DNA of 61,551 bases, the filler included. It is 4 parts of 4 records of this genome, joined end to end, with 100 filler letters (N's around TTAATTAATTAA, not from the genome) between each part and the next. Parts side by side here need not be neighbours in the genome. Positions count along the whole stretch, not along the records: positions 7,044 to 22,269 come from SRR20825019_924; 3 more parts are not named here. One strand, 5' to 3'. This document shows positions 8,024-20,523 of this stretch, piece after piece. Numbering within the stretch: the stretch's first letter is position 1; each line of letters begins with the position of its first letter. The position numbers and the translations under genes are program-made. A model generated the notes under the pieces. It saw nothing but the letters and a program-made list of their open reading frames with translations, was not told the origin of the DNA and searched no databases.

Positions 8024-9938
8024 ATGGAAGAGCTCATGACCACCCCTGCCGACCAGTACGAGGCCCCGCCACCCCGCGCCTACGAGGAGGTGAGTATCCA
8101 ACCGCCTTGGTCGCCGTGAACCACTGGCATTGAGCTGAATCTGGCAGCGTGTGTGGGCCACCCTAGAAGCGAAGAGGAGTCTGGGCGCCGGGGCGAAGGA
8201 GGAACTGTTCTATATCTCCAAGGAGTGGACCTTCATCAACCATGGCGCCTTCGGGGGAGCGGCGCGGGCGGTTTTTGACGTTGCCGTGGGATGGAAGGCC
8301 CAGGCGGAGACCCAGCCCCTCCAGTTCATTGACCGCGACCTCTTCCCTTACCTCGCACGCACGCAGCGCCTCCTCGCAGCGCGGGTGAACTGTGGCCCCG
8401 AGGCATGACTAGTTTGTAGGCGCGGCCTCGCCCCGGCACTACTGACCGCTCGCTCGCCGCAGGACCTTGTGATGACGCCCAACGTCACCACAGCGCTCAA
8501 CGCCGTGCTCCAGAGCGTGGTGGGAAGGGGGCGGCCGGATGGCGTCGTGCTGAGCCTAGACATTGGCTACAGCTCTTTAAGACACATGATCACCAGCGTG
8601 GTGACGGGCGGGGCCGGTGTGGAAACGGGGGACCGCTGGGTCGAGGCGCGGGTCCCACTGCCGTTCACCAATGACGAGGTGAGCCCCGCCCCTTGCGCCC
8701 CTGCAGTGCTGCTGACCGTGTGAGTGAGTGGCGCGGCCCGGCTGACGGTGATGCAGATTGTGGCCATCGTAGAGGAGGCGGTTGGTGCGCACAAGGAGCG
8801 GTTGGTGCTGGCGGTGTTCGACCATATTACCTCCAACAGCGCGGCCATCCTCCCCGTCAAGGCCCTCGTCACCGCGTGCCATCGCCATGGAGTGCCAGGT
8901 GAGGCCCGGACAGCGGCGGGTCCGGCGCGACCGGACTCCAGCCAGGCTTGTGATTGGTCCACGCATGGGGCTTACCGCATCCGCCCGCAGTTCTGATCGA
9001 CGGCGCTCACGCCCTCGGGAGCGTGCCCATAGACATCGAGGATATCGGCGCCGACTTCTACACGTCCAACTGCCACAAGTGGTTCATGTGCCCCAAGGTA
9101 TGCCCATTCCGCGAGGTGGCTCAAGGATATCAGTGGATTTTGTATATTGTATATTGCTGTATATTGTATATTGCTGTATATTGTGTATTGTGTATTGTAT
9201 TGCTGACGGAGGGGCAGGGCGCCGCCTTCATGTACGTCCACAAGGACCACCAGCCCTCCATCATCCCCCCCATCATATCCCACGGCGCCGCCAGCGGATT
9301 CCAGGTACAAACCCCCCCCCCTCCCCCCCCCGGCGTCACCCTCAGCTCCTGACCGGGCGCAGAGCCGCTTCGTGTGGGATGGCGCGCGGGACTACAGCTC
9401 GGCGCTGGCGGTGCCGACTGCACTTCGCCTGATCGACAGCATCGGCGAGGGCACCATGCGGACGTACATGCACAGCATGTGCCAGGAGGGCGCGGAGATC
9501 CTCAAGGCCGAGTGGAAGACGGAGACGCTGTTTCCGCCGGACATGGTCGGCTCGATGGCCATGGTTCGTTTGCCGGACACACTGTGGAAGCGTAGGGACC
9601 CATCTCTCGCCCCGTCTCCTCGTAATGTCACTGATCCTGGTTCTGCAGTGCTGCTCGCGCCCGAGGGCGCCGCCGGCGGGTGTGGCGGCGGCCAGTGTGT
9701 GGTGGGCGGGCGGCTGGTCAAGAACGGCGCGACGGCGGCCCACTCCAAAGCGGTGCAGGACCACCTCCACCACTGTGAGATGATTGAGGTCCCGATCAAG
9801 GTTATCAACGGTCGGCTGTTTACTCGCATCTCCGCCCACATCTACAACTGCCCGGCGGATTATAGGGCTCTCGCCACAGCCGTGATGAAGTTGAAGAAGG
9901 GGTGGGTCCGACTCGGATTTGTGGCCTTCCATGACTGA
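8024..9938 (+). CDS. Class V PLP-dependent aminotransferase/lyase (Egt2 / isopenicillin N epimerase / L-cysteine desulfhydrase-like), 8 exons
   Basis: Exons about 8024-8089, 8148-8402, 8463-8678, 8757-8898, 8991-9097, 9218-9304, 9363-9591, 9649-9938. Motifs FINHGAFG, PNVTTALN, FDHITS, LIDGAH, SNCHKWFMCPKG, WDGARDY, RISAHIYN. Confidence 0.88.
9141..9202 (+). repeat. Degenerate (TATTG)n tandem repeat within intron 5
   Basis: tgtatattgtatattgctgtatattgtatattgctgtatattgtgtattgtgtattgtattg. Confidence 0.8.
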
Positions 9939-9998
9939 CCTCCTCCGCAGCGACAGCCCGTGGCCATGCCCGCGGTGTGCGGCAAAGGAGTGAGGCAT

Positions 9999-12554
9999 TC
10001 ACGGCTCCGACACGACGACGTGCTTTGGGGCCCACCGAGCCTCTCCAGATGAGGAGACGGTCATTGCCGAGTCCAGCATCGCCCGGTAAAGTTCCTCCAC
10101 ATTCCTCACCCACCGCGATGTGTCGAAGAACGGCATCCGCAGCCGCTCCTTCCCGAGGCGGGCGCGGACGGCCCTGTACCGCGCCTTGTCCGTGGCTAGA
10201 GCAATGCCCGTTGCTATCCATTCTGCATGCGCCGTCAGTGATTGCCTACCAATACCCTTCCGAGTGCGCGGTACCTTCGCGGGAATGGGCGACCAGGTCC
10301 CACATTCCCAGCCCACCGAGGATGCTCGCTGCCACGCGGCCCGCCATCTTCTCCCCCGGCATGGTCAGCACGGGCACCCCCGCCCACAGGGCGTCCGCCG
10401 CGGTGGTGTGGGCGTTGTACGCCAGGCGTCCGCACGTGTCGACAAAGAGATCGCACGCGGACAGCCGCCCCAGGTGCACCGCCTTGTCAGCCTTGGGAGA
10501 TATCACCAGCCGTTCCGAATCCAGACCCGCCGCCCGCCACTCGGCGCGCAGTTGTGGCTCGGCCTCCGCGGGGAACTGCACCAGCCAGAGCACTGAGCCC
10601 GGCGCCGCGCGGACAACAGCCACCCACATCGCGAATATGTCTCGGTCCACGCGGAGGAGATTGTTGAAGTTACACAGCACAAACGCATCCGCTGGCAAGC
10701 CCTCGGCGGCCCTCGCGGCCGGCCCGGCGGGAAGGAGCGCGCGCTGGTAAGTTTGGCGATAGTCCGTCACGTAGTAGGAGTGGGGCATGGACAGGATTCT
10801 CTCGGTGAAATGGGCCGAGTGCTCGGGCGGCACCGCCACTCCGTCGCCGATATAGAACGGCAGATACTCGGCCCCCACCGTCCCGGCAAACCCCATGTAC
10901 GTCACTTGGAACGGCGCGGGCCTCAGAGCAAAGATGGCGACGCGGTTGAGCTTGGTGTGGGCATCAAGGTCGACAAGCACGTGCACCCCGTCCCGGTTCA
11001 TGACCGCCGCCGCCTCGGCATTCGAGGTTGTTCCGACGTCCACGTTCCGGAACACCTCGACCTCGCTGCGCAGTCGCTCCACCGCCGCCCCGCTGCGGCG
11101 CTCCCGCTGGGTGGCGTAGATGTGCAGCTTGAACGAGGCGCGGTCGTGCATCCCGAACACGCTCCGCATGAGGTCCATCAGGGGATGATCGCGGAAATTG
11201 GAGCTCACATAGCCCAGTCGGACCCGCACCGGCCCCGCCGCCCCGCCACGACCCGAGAGACTCGCCTGGATCCGCGCCACCTGCGCGGCCGAGTGGCGGT
11301 ATCCGTCCTCGACCACGGAGCGGTCGGAGTGGCCTCGGGACACCGCCTTGAGCTCGCTCGGCGTGAAGCCGAATGTCAGCGCATCAAAGGGCACGACCGC
11401 CGAGCTCCGTCCGTGATTCGCGTCCGCATCGCCGCGCACGAGCGCGCGCAGCCTGTGCAATGTGCGGTCCGCGTCCCGATCCCACCGGCACAGCGTGCGC
11501 CCCACGTAGTGCATGCCCGACAGCCCCGCCCGGCCCGATGGGTCGTGCCGGCTCGCCTTTCTGTAGGCCTCATGCGCCTCCTGATACCGTCCCGCCTCGA
11601 CCAGCGCTGCAGTCACCAGTCAGCCCCAAGACCGTTCACTTGTCTCAGACGATCCCACTCGGCCCCACCTTCACCAAAATTGAAATACGTCGTGGTCAGC
11701 GAGTGGGCGTCGTCGCCCATGTGCTCCAGTGCCAGCTTGTACTCCGCCACTGCACCAGCAACATCCCCCAGCTCGAAGCGCAGGTTCGCCAGGTTGTGGT
11801 GGGCCTGCGCAAACCCCGGGGTGGTGGCCAGTGCCGCCTCATAGTGGGTCTTGGCGCCTTCCTTGTCGCCCATCTGCTCCCATCGAGCTCATCAGCAAAC
11901 TGATCCGGCAGAGTTGGCCCCACCCGTTCCCCCGCCCCGGTCCGGAATTCGAACATCCGGCCGCACCCGACCGTCCGCCTCCTGCCGCCTTGAAGACCGG
12001 GACCCGCCTCACTCGGGCAACCCCCACATACCTCCATAAGTAAGGACGCAAGGTTGTTGTGGATGATGGGGTGGTCCGTTACTCCCAGCGCCGCCTCGAA
12101 CGCCCCGCGCGCCTCCTCCTTTCGCCCTACCTGCGTCTGCTGCGTTAGCGCCGATGTCCGAGCCCGATCCAGTCGGCCCCGCTCCGGACTCAGCACGGAC
12201 AACTCACCTCGCCCAGCGCCACGGCCAGGTTGTGGTGGGCCTCCGCATTCTTCGGGTTGTCCCGCAGGGCCGCTCGGTACGCCTCGATGGCCTGCGTCCG
12301 CTAGTAAGGTCTCTCGACGATGGCGGGCTCTGTAAACTGCCAACTCAGACACGTACCGGTATCCACTGGCCTGCCTCGAAGAGCGCGCTGGCCCGCGCCA
12401 CCACGCCCGGGGTGGCGTCCGATGCCGAGGCGAGGGAGGCAAACTCCGCGCACAGAGTCACGACGAGTGCGAGGGCAACGATGGTCGTCGTTGGCTTTGG
12501 GCCGCGGTCGCCAGCGGCTGGGCAGACGGCCCTTGCAGCCGGGCAGCATCTCAT
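9999..12554 (-). CDS. O-GlcNAc transferase-like (GT41) protein with TPRs, multi-exon
   Basis: TPR exons (AEAHHNLAVALGE, IIHNNLASLL, AQAHHNLANL); catalytic motifs RLGYVSSNFRDHP, LVDLDAHT, RPAPFQVTYMGFAGT, CNFNN, YNAHTTAADALWAGVPVLT; last exon FDTSRWVRNVE. Confidence 0.88.
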
Positions 12555-13364
12555 TGTCGCCAGTAACGTGACTTGCACACGCACTACTTAACTCGAGCCG
12601 GAGGTCGGTGCCGGGACGGTATTCTTATTCGTACCCATCCCGGCCGCCTGGGCGCTGGTGCCACGGGCCGCCGCGGGCCGCCGCGGACCAGACTGCCACC
12701 TCACGCGGCACTGCGCCGGCGCCGACGGTTGGCGGCCGGGGGCGCGCGGGCCCCGCCGAGTCCGGCGGCGGTCGGTCGGCCCCGGGGGCGAGCGGGAGCC
12801 GGCGCTGCGGGACGGCCGGGTGGCTTGCCCCTGCGGCCAGCCCGGACCGGACGCGACCGCCCGGTCCGCACGGACCGGACTGGGTCGCGGGGGGGCGCCG
12901 GCCGGCCGGGCACTGTGACGGGTGACGGGCCGCCGCTGCTGTGCGCGGGGCAGGCGCCGCGCCGCGCGGCCGGGCGGCCGCGGCCCGGCCCGCGACCGGC
13001 CGCGCGGCCCGCCGCCCGGGGCCCTGCCCCGGGCGCCCGCCCGGCCGGGCCGCCGTCGGCGTTCCGGCTGGTCGACGTCGTGGCCAGTGGCTGACGCGGC
13101 CCCCCGCGGGCCGGGCCCCGCCGCGTGTCCCTGGCGGCCCCGCCCTGGCCGGCTCCCGGCGCCCCGCCCGCCCGGCCAGACCGGACTAGTCCCGGCTCAG
13201 CTAACAAGGTGACTGCCTTGACTGATGCCTATGGATATCACCATCATCGGCTCTACTGGGTGCGACGGTGGAGGATCAGGATAACTGGCATCAATACCAG
13301 CATCGATATCGGCTGACGTCCGGTCACAAAGCCTGACTGAGAACCCTGTGAGTACTTTGGTCGG

Positions 13365-14521
13365 ATGGAACCAAACCCCACCATGTCGACCCGGCTGCAC
13401 CACCCGCCAGAGCCGCCGCTGTCAGAGCACCGAGCCGCGTTGGCGGCGGTCGCACGACGCCGGGTTTTCGAGTGGCTGCTGCGGGAGTCAGACGGGCTGG
13501 TGCGGGCGGCCCAGCTGGCGGGAAGGGAAGGAAGCCTGGACGAGGACGGCGCCATGGACCTTGCCCTCACCAACGGCGACATTATCTATGCGGAGTTCGA
13601 GGCGCTGATAACCCTATCGACCCGCGACTGGACGCCGCGGCCCCCGCCGACCAGGCCGGATGGCCGGGGTACGCTCGGCAACCGTAATGGCGCCAAGGAG
13701 GGCGGGCTTGTATTTGCAGATCTGGGGAGTGGATGCGGCATGGCCCTCCTGGCCGCGGCCATCGCGTTGCCCGGCATGCCCTGGCCGGGGGGCGCGGTGT
13801 TCACCGAGGCCCGCGGCGTGGAGTACATCGCGGAGCGGCACGAGGAGGCGTGTGTGCGGCTGGCGGCGATGGACCTCGCACAGGCAGGTAAGATGACTCC
13901 TCGCGGGAGGAAGCGGCCCAGTCGCCCGCGACACGGCCGGGGCCGGTCCGGGTCATATTTTCACTCACTAACGGCGGGTGTCGATCGCCCATCAATTGCA
14001 GGCATGCTCCTTCATCCACCGGGAGATCCACTGGGGACGGCGGCGTGGGTCCCGCACGGGGTCCGCTGCAGCAGCGAGCAGGGAGACTTCAGGTCCGCCG
14101 AGGCAGGCGCCTTGATCCACTCCGCGGCACTCATATACGTGTCATCCACGTGCTTCCCCTTGGAGCTCATGCGCGAGGTAGGATATAGTAAGGTTTTACT
14201 GAATCAATTGTTGTATATAATACGTGGTCATTGTTTCGTCTATCTATCGGGGCGGGGTCCCAGGCGCTAGCCGGCACGTCTGACGACATGCACCGCAGCT
14301 CGAGACCGCTCTAGGCAAATGGATGCACGCAGGGGCGAGGGTGATCGTCCTCTCCAAACCCTTCGTCTCCATGGCCTTGTGGGAGGTAGGTTCTTGCTCT
14401 ATTTGTCATGTTGCTACGCCGAGTCTGTCCTCACAGCCCTGCCCAGTCTATCCTCGAGACACAGTACATGCCCGGATGGGGCTCGCCCGTCACGGCATAC
14501 GTGTACGAGAGGCAGGCGTGA
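13365..14521 (+). CDS. Class I SAM-dependent methyltransferase, DOT1-like; 4 exons
   Basis: IYAE, FADLGSGCG, RGVE, GDF, IYVSSTCF. Introns about 13888-14001, 14178-14298, 14386-14446. Last exon SILETQYMPGWGSPVTAYVYERQA*. Start may be 13383. Confidence 0.65.
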
Positions 14522-14578
14522 AGACACTGCGGGCAGATGTCTATTCTTGTCTTAGTCGCGGGGGGTGGTGGCGGCTCA

Positions 14579-15478
14579 TCACTCGGCCCCGCCATTCTCA
14601 GATTCGTCCGAGGGCCTCTTCTTCCTGGACAGGTCAACACGAGATATGTCGTACACCTTGCCCACGATGTGGCTGCGGAGCCTGTGGACCTCGAGGTACT
14701 TGAGGGCGCGGGCGCGGTTGCGGACCTTGGTGCTGAGGGTGACGGTGTAGCTGGTGTCCGTCAGCTCTACGTCCACCGGGAAGAACTGCTTGCCAGGGAG
14801 GTCATTCATTATCTCCAAGTAAACTTCCTCCTTGTACTTGGTCTGCCTGTTCATGTACTTGGGGAGGCCCATCACCTCGTTGATGTCGTAGTGGAGGTCG
14901 TTCAGATAGCTCCGGGCTTCTGCCGTGTGTGTCTTGACGCAGTGGAGCTCCCTCGCCTTGTGGCTTGCGTACGCCTTCCCACACCCGGGCGCATAGCACA
15001 CGTAGTACTTGCGCTCGGGCTCAGGGTCCTGTCTCATAAAGTGGCCCGCGCTCTTCTTCTTGGCAGGAGGCGGCTTGGTGCGCTCAAGGAGGCTGGACGG
15101 CAGCCGCTCCGCGCTTGACTGCTTCATATAGGCCAGGGCGGGGTGGTCCGCCGACATCATCATCGAGTTGTTGGGCGTGTTCTCCTTGGCCCCCAGTACC
15201 GGCCGCAGGGGCGAGCCCAGCTCCGGATAGCTGTTTCCTTTCAGTCTCTTCAATGGACTCATTCCGTTCTCGGTGCACGCCACCAGTGCGAGCAGGTCAA
15301 GCCCGCACCGTTTCTTAACTCCGACGCCACTCTCTCCCACAATCTGCGGCGGCGGGGCGTTCTCCTTCTGACTGTTCATGTCATCAACCGATGTCACCGG
15401 CGAGGAGTTCTCTTTAAGGTTCATGTCCAAATCTGTGACGACGCTGAGCGGCCTTGTCCGTGGTGAGAGTACTGACAT
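14579..15478 (-). CDS. Single C2H2 zinc-finger protein with three KEN motifs
   Basis: YVCYAPGCGKAYASHKARELHCVKTH; LKEN, QKEN, AKEN; likely ATG at 15478. Confidence 0.75.
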   Translation of the reverse strand: MSVLSPRTRPLSVVTDLDMNLKENSSPVTSVDDMNSQKENAPPPQIVGESGVGVKKRCGLDLLALVACTENGMSPLKRLKGNSYPELGSPLRPVLGAKENTPNNSMMMSADHPALAYMKQSSAERLPSSLLERTKPPPAKKKSAGHFMRQDPEPERKYYVCYAPGCGKAYASHKARELHCVKTHTAEARSYLNDLHYDINEVMGLPKYMNRQTKYKEEVYLEIMNDLPGKQFFPVDVELTDTSYTVTLSTKVRNRARALKYLEVHRLRSHIVGKVYDISRVDLSRKKRPSDESENGGAE

Positions 15479-16849
15479 CTTGCCGGTCAACGTGGTGGTT
15501 CCCTGCAGGGACTGCGAGTGTGTGGGCGTGATATACATAACAGTGGGCACTGGCGAGCGAGGGGCCGCGTGGTACGACGTGTGCGTAGGCCCGGCGGGAG
15601 GTGGATAGTGCCATGGGGAGTGTTGGCCTCCCGAGAGGATGGGGTGTGGGGCCAAGTTTGAAGGTGGAAGAAGTGATCATTGTGGCAGTCTAGCTGGTGG
15701 GATACGCTCAGAACGTTATGCTCACAGTGGCATCACGACTTGAACTACTCCTGTCTGTTACAGAACTGACACTGTCGTGCGGTCACAGTCGTGTGCAGGC
15801 CGGAGGCAGTTACTGTCTGAGAGGGCTTTGACGTGCTTCAAATCTAGCTTTCAGAGACTGCCACAGAGCGGGATCGGATCCGCTGCCGAGGGAGCGAAAT
15901 TCAACCCCGGCAGTCATGGGGCCACAAGTTGGGAAACGGCTGGTGCTCCATGCGGCCACCTCTCTTCAGTGACTCGAGGCGGCCAGCGCACCGCGACCGG
16001 TGGGAGAGCGGGCCACTTCAGCGGGCGGCCCTCCCCCTGACCGTGCGGATGAAATCAAACACCGATATTTTTGATTCGTGAAGCCAATAACGCTCGCTTC
16101 AACCGCTATTAATATAACAATTTCACTCAACAAAGGAAATTGAAATTTCTTCGTTGATATGTGTATCATATTCTCTTGGCCATCAGAAAGTCTCCGAAGG
16201 TGAGTGCTTCCGCGGAACTGGCGTCCACTTGACTTCCGAACGATGGCCCTAGATCAATACTTCGCGAGTTCAACAGCATCCTTCGGACCTTCGGGCTCTA
16301 ACTGAGGAATAGTGAGGTACGCAAGCCGGGGCCGAAGGCTTTTTTCGTCCGCTTCGGGCCGGTCGAAAAGAACTTTCAGGGGTGGCCGCCAGCGCCAATC
16401 GTCACAACCCTGTGCTGTGTTTCCCGACCACTGATGACAACGCGACATCCGAGTCCGGCCAGTCAACGTCAAGACTCATCAGTGGGACGTGACTCGTGGC
16501 TTGACCGGTCGCATCGTCGCTCCTCGTTCGTTGACAGCCAGTGACCCGCGGTGCGGCGGCGCCGCACAGGTTCCTTCAGGGGTACTCGGCTCATCAACAG
16601 GCGGTGTCACGTGCAGTTTTCTGTGAAGTGGGCCCCACTCCATCCTCTTGAGTCTGGTCACTCCATCGTCTAACGCTTCACCCCACTTTGGGTACTGTGT
16701 GTGTGTAGCGTCGCTCGCGGCACACCACTCGGTCTGATGACTTGCACCCCGTCTTCTGCGACAGTTTTATATGTGCTGGCGCCGCACTTTGAACACTGTG
16801 TAAAACGCAGAGAACGAAACAGTAGTGGCAAGCAGCTCATGGCTGCGTA

Positions 16850-19800
16850 ATGGAAACTGACTCACCAACTGAAAATAGAAATATAGAAGAATCTGCCAAC
16901 GAGGAGAACCCACCGATTGAAACACTCCTTCCACCACCCAATAGAGTAACCCCGCCACCGGAGTTCGAGCCACCGCCGGAGCAGAACTCGATTCCGGCCT
17001 TCCCCGAGAGAAAGACTACCCCTGTGCAAGTCTCCCCGGACCCAAATACAGAAAGAAACGGCCCGAGCACCGCCAGTGCCAGCACTGACAACGAGAGCGA
17101 AGAAGGCTCACCCCCGCCACCTCCTCCAGAGAACCCGTTTACCTTTCGAGAGAACCCTTTCATCCGGTTGAATCAAGTGGCCCCGGACAATATTATGACA
17201 GATACTAAGAAGAATATCGACGATACCCCCCCGCAGTCAAAGCACAGCACGAGCAGCGACAGTGAGTTGAACACCATCCCTGTGGAGAACATGAAGACCA
17301 AGAAGAAGAGGAACAAGTGCCTCCGGTGCCTCTGCGGCCTTCCCGAGGTGGCTAGGTGAGTTACGCTTTGGGGTTGCGGTTGAGTTTGTGATGCTGACTG
17401 GCAATGATGCGCAGGTGGGTCACGGACTCCATCCAGGGCAAGATGTCCCAATTCTTCTATCACTTCGGCCGGCTCGTCGCGCGGTTCCCGCTGTGCGCCA
17501 TCACCGCCTGCCTCATATTGGCGATGCTGTGCGGTGTGGGCCTCATCGGCTTCACCCCCGAGAGTCGAGCGGAGAAGCTGTGGGTGCCACAAGACAATCT
17601 GGCGCAGACCCACAAGGCATATGTCGAGGCTACCTTTGGCAAGGGAAGCCGGAGCTCCTATTTCATCGTGACCAACACTGAAGCGCTGGCGGACACCCTG
17701 ACGCAGACCTTCCTTGGATACGTGTTCGATCTTCATGACGCGATCCTCGCTGCTTCGGCGACCGTGGACGGCACGACCTACACATACAACACGATATGTG
17801 AGAAGCCCGACAACAACAATTGTAACACCAACAGTGTGCTCGATGCCTTCGACTTCACGAGGTCAATTATGGTGGGACTTTCAGACGCCGATCGGCGTAA
17901 TGTTGTTAGCAATAACACCCAGACAGTCACTGGGTCGACGTTTGTCCTCGATCTTGTGGCGCAGGGCCGGACGGGCAGCGGCACCACGCTGGCAGCGACG
18001 GTGCTCAAGAACCAATACCAGATCGTGAGGCAGGAAGAGGTGGTGGATGGCGAGACCATCGACGAACGCGCCGATGCGTGGGAGGCGGAGTTCATTGACG
18101 TTTGCAAGAGCTTCGACGACCGCAACGGCATGAAGGTTTACATCAACGCCGAGCGGTCCGGCAGCGACGCATTCCGCGAGGCCATTACTGGCGATCTGTC
18201 ACTCGTTGGCGTGGGGTACATCCTCATCATCGGCTATGCCGCCATCATGCTCGGGCGCTGTGACTGCCGCAACTTCAAGGGCACTGTGGCCATCTCTGCC
18301 GTCATCTCGGTCGGCCTGTCAATTCTGTCCGCCTTTGGTCTGTGCAGTGCCTTTGGCATCGTCTATGGCCCTGTGCAGTCTGTTCTCCCCTTCCTCCTCC
18401 TGGGTATCGGAGTCGACGATGCCTTTGTGATTATGTCCGATTTTTCGCGGGTGGACCCGTCTCTTCCAGTGCCGGAGCGTGTGGGCGAAGCCTTGCGCCA
18501 TGCGGGCGTGAGCATCACACTGACCTCCGTCACTGACTTTGTTGCTTTCGCCATTGGCGGCTTTACTGTGCTGCCGGCGTTGAGGGCGTTCTGCCTCTTC
18601 GCCGCAGTGGGTATCATGTTCGACTTCCTCTACCAAGTTACGTTCTTCGTGGCGTTCCTGTCCCTCGACACGCGGCGGCAGAAGTGGGGGCGCGCCGAGG
18701 GCTGCCCGTGCTGCCCGGCCATTCCTATTGGATGGGCCCTCCCCCAGTCCGTACACGACCACCTCAAGGCCAACAACGGCATGGATTACATGCTGGACGT
18801 CGAGCGCTCGGCGACGGAGAAGTCGTACAAGAGCGCGCTGTCCGCCGCCACGGGGGCTGATGTGGAGGCCCAGGCTGTAAGGGTTGTCCCGAACTCTAAG
18901 AGCTTCTTCGGCTCATACCGCGTGAAGCCGCTGGCGTGCTGTGTATGCTGCCTGCCTTGCATCTACCCCGAGGACTTTGATGGGTCTGTGCAGCAGAAGT
19001 ACGAGCGCGCGCAGGTGGATGATCTGAATGATAGGCTGGAGGCCGAGGACCAGGCCCGAGCAAAGGCCAAGGGCGGGGAAGGGATAGATGAGGAAGAGGA
19101 GCCGGTGTTCAGTTGGTCCCCCAATGCTATTGCGCGCATGATGCTGGAGTTCTGGTTCCTCCGCGCACTCCACAAGCCCAAGATCGGCGAGATCCCGCGG
19201 TCGACCGAGCGGCGCGCTGCCATGACGTCGATCCGGTACAAGGTCAGGAAGGCGGCCCGCCGTAACAAGTGCAACCGCTTGGTTATCCGAACCCTCAAGA
19301 CCCTGTGGTTCTTCCGTCCGTTCTCCGGCCAGTGGTTCCATCGCGTGGTCAACAACATCTACGCGCCCATTCTCCTGAACCGGTACCTCAAGCCCAGCGT
19401 CCTCCTCATCGGTGTCATCATTGTCGGAGTCGGCCTCTACGGTGCGACCACCCTCAAGCAGGAGTTCAGTGAGACCCAGTTCATCCCGGACGGCTCCTAC
19501 CTGCTGGACTACATCGACATCAACGACAAATACTTCTCCTTCGGCCCGCCCTGGCAGGTGATATTTAAGGAGACGGACGCCTACGGCAACAGATCTGGCT
19601 TCGATGCGTATCGCACGGCCATGGAGGGGCTGACCGAGTGGGTTCAGGCTGACACCATCTCGTTCTGGTACACCGATTACAAGACGTATCTCACTGAAAA
19701 TAGCCTCAACATCGACACCGTGACCAGTACCCAGTTCTACGATAACCTTCGCGCCTTCCTTAGCGCCAATCAGCGCTACCAGGACGATGTGATCATGCCG

Positions 19801-20523
19801 GATGACTACTCCGTGTCGGCTCATCGGTTTGGCGGCCAGTACACCCTGCTGACCAATTCAGACCAGTATGTCGGCGCCATGGACGACTCACGCAGTGCTG
19901 TTGACAATGTGGTGTCGCCGCTGGACCTCGATGCGTTCGCCTACTCGTTCCTGTTTATCAGCTGGGAGTCGTTCAAGGTGATCGAGGCGGAGCTGATTCA
20001 GAACATGTGCCTCGCCATTGTGGCGGTGTTCCTCATTGCACTGTTCTTGGTCGGCCACCCGTGGATGGCCTGCCTCGTCACTCTTGCCGTCGGCTTCACC
20101 ATCCTGTGCATGATGGGCTTTGCCAGCCTCTGGGGCCTGTCGATCGACTCTGTGTTCGTCATCAATGTCGTCATCGCCATCGGTCTTTCAGTGGACTACT
20201 CGGCCCACATCGGGCACGCTTTCCAGGCCAACTGGGGCTCTCGCAATAAGCGTGCTATCGAGGCCGTGCAGGGCATGGGTGAGGGTGTGCTGAACGGTGC
20301 CATCTCCACCTTCCTGGCCGTGCTGGTCCTCGCCTTCAGTGCCAGCTACGTCTTCCGCGTGTTCTTTGTGCAGTTGTTCCTCGTGGTGCTTTTCGGCGTG
20401 TTCCACGGTCTGGTGATGCTGCCTGTCGTCCTGACATACATTGGCCCGCAGGGCCTGCCTGCCCCCACCCACATGGATGAGGCGCTCGAGAAGGGATCCC
20501 CCAAGCCCTCGGTGAAGGCTTGA
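16850..20523 (+). CDS. Patched/NPC1-related sterol-sensing-domain RND membrane protein; 2 exons
   Basis: Intron 17356-17414 (GTGAGT...GCAG) joins the two ORFs in frame; LPFLLLGIGVDDAF, SITLTSVTD, GLSVDYSAH, HGLVMLPV. Exact start uncertain. Confidence 0.9.

Noticed and set aside
9141-9202. CRISPR-like or coding repeat (YIVYCC)
   Set aside because: Simple TATTG microsatellite inside a GT-AG intron; no spacers
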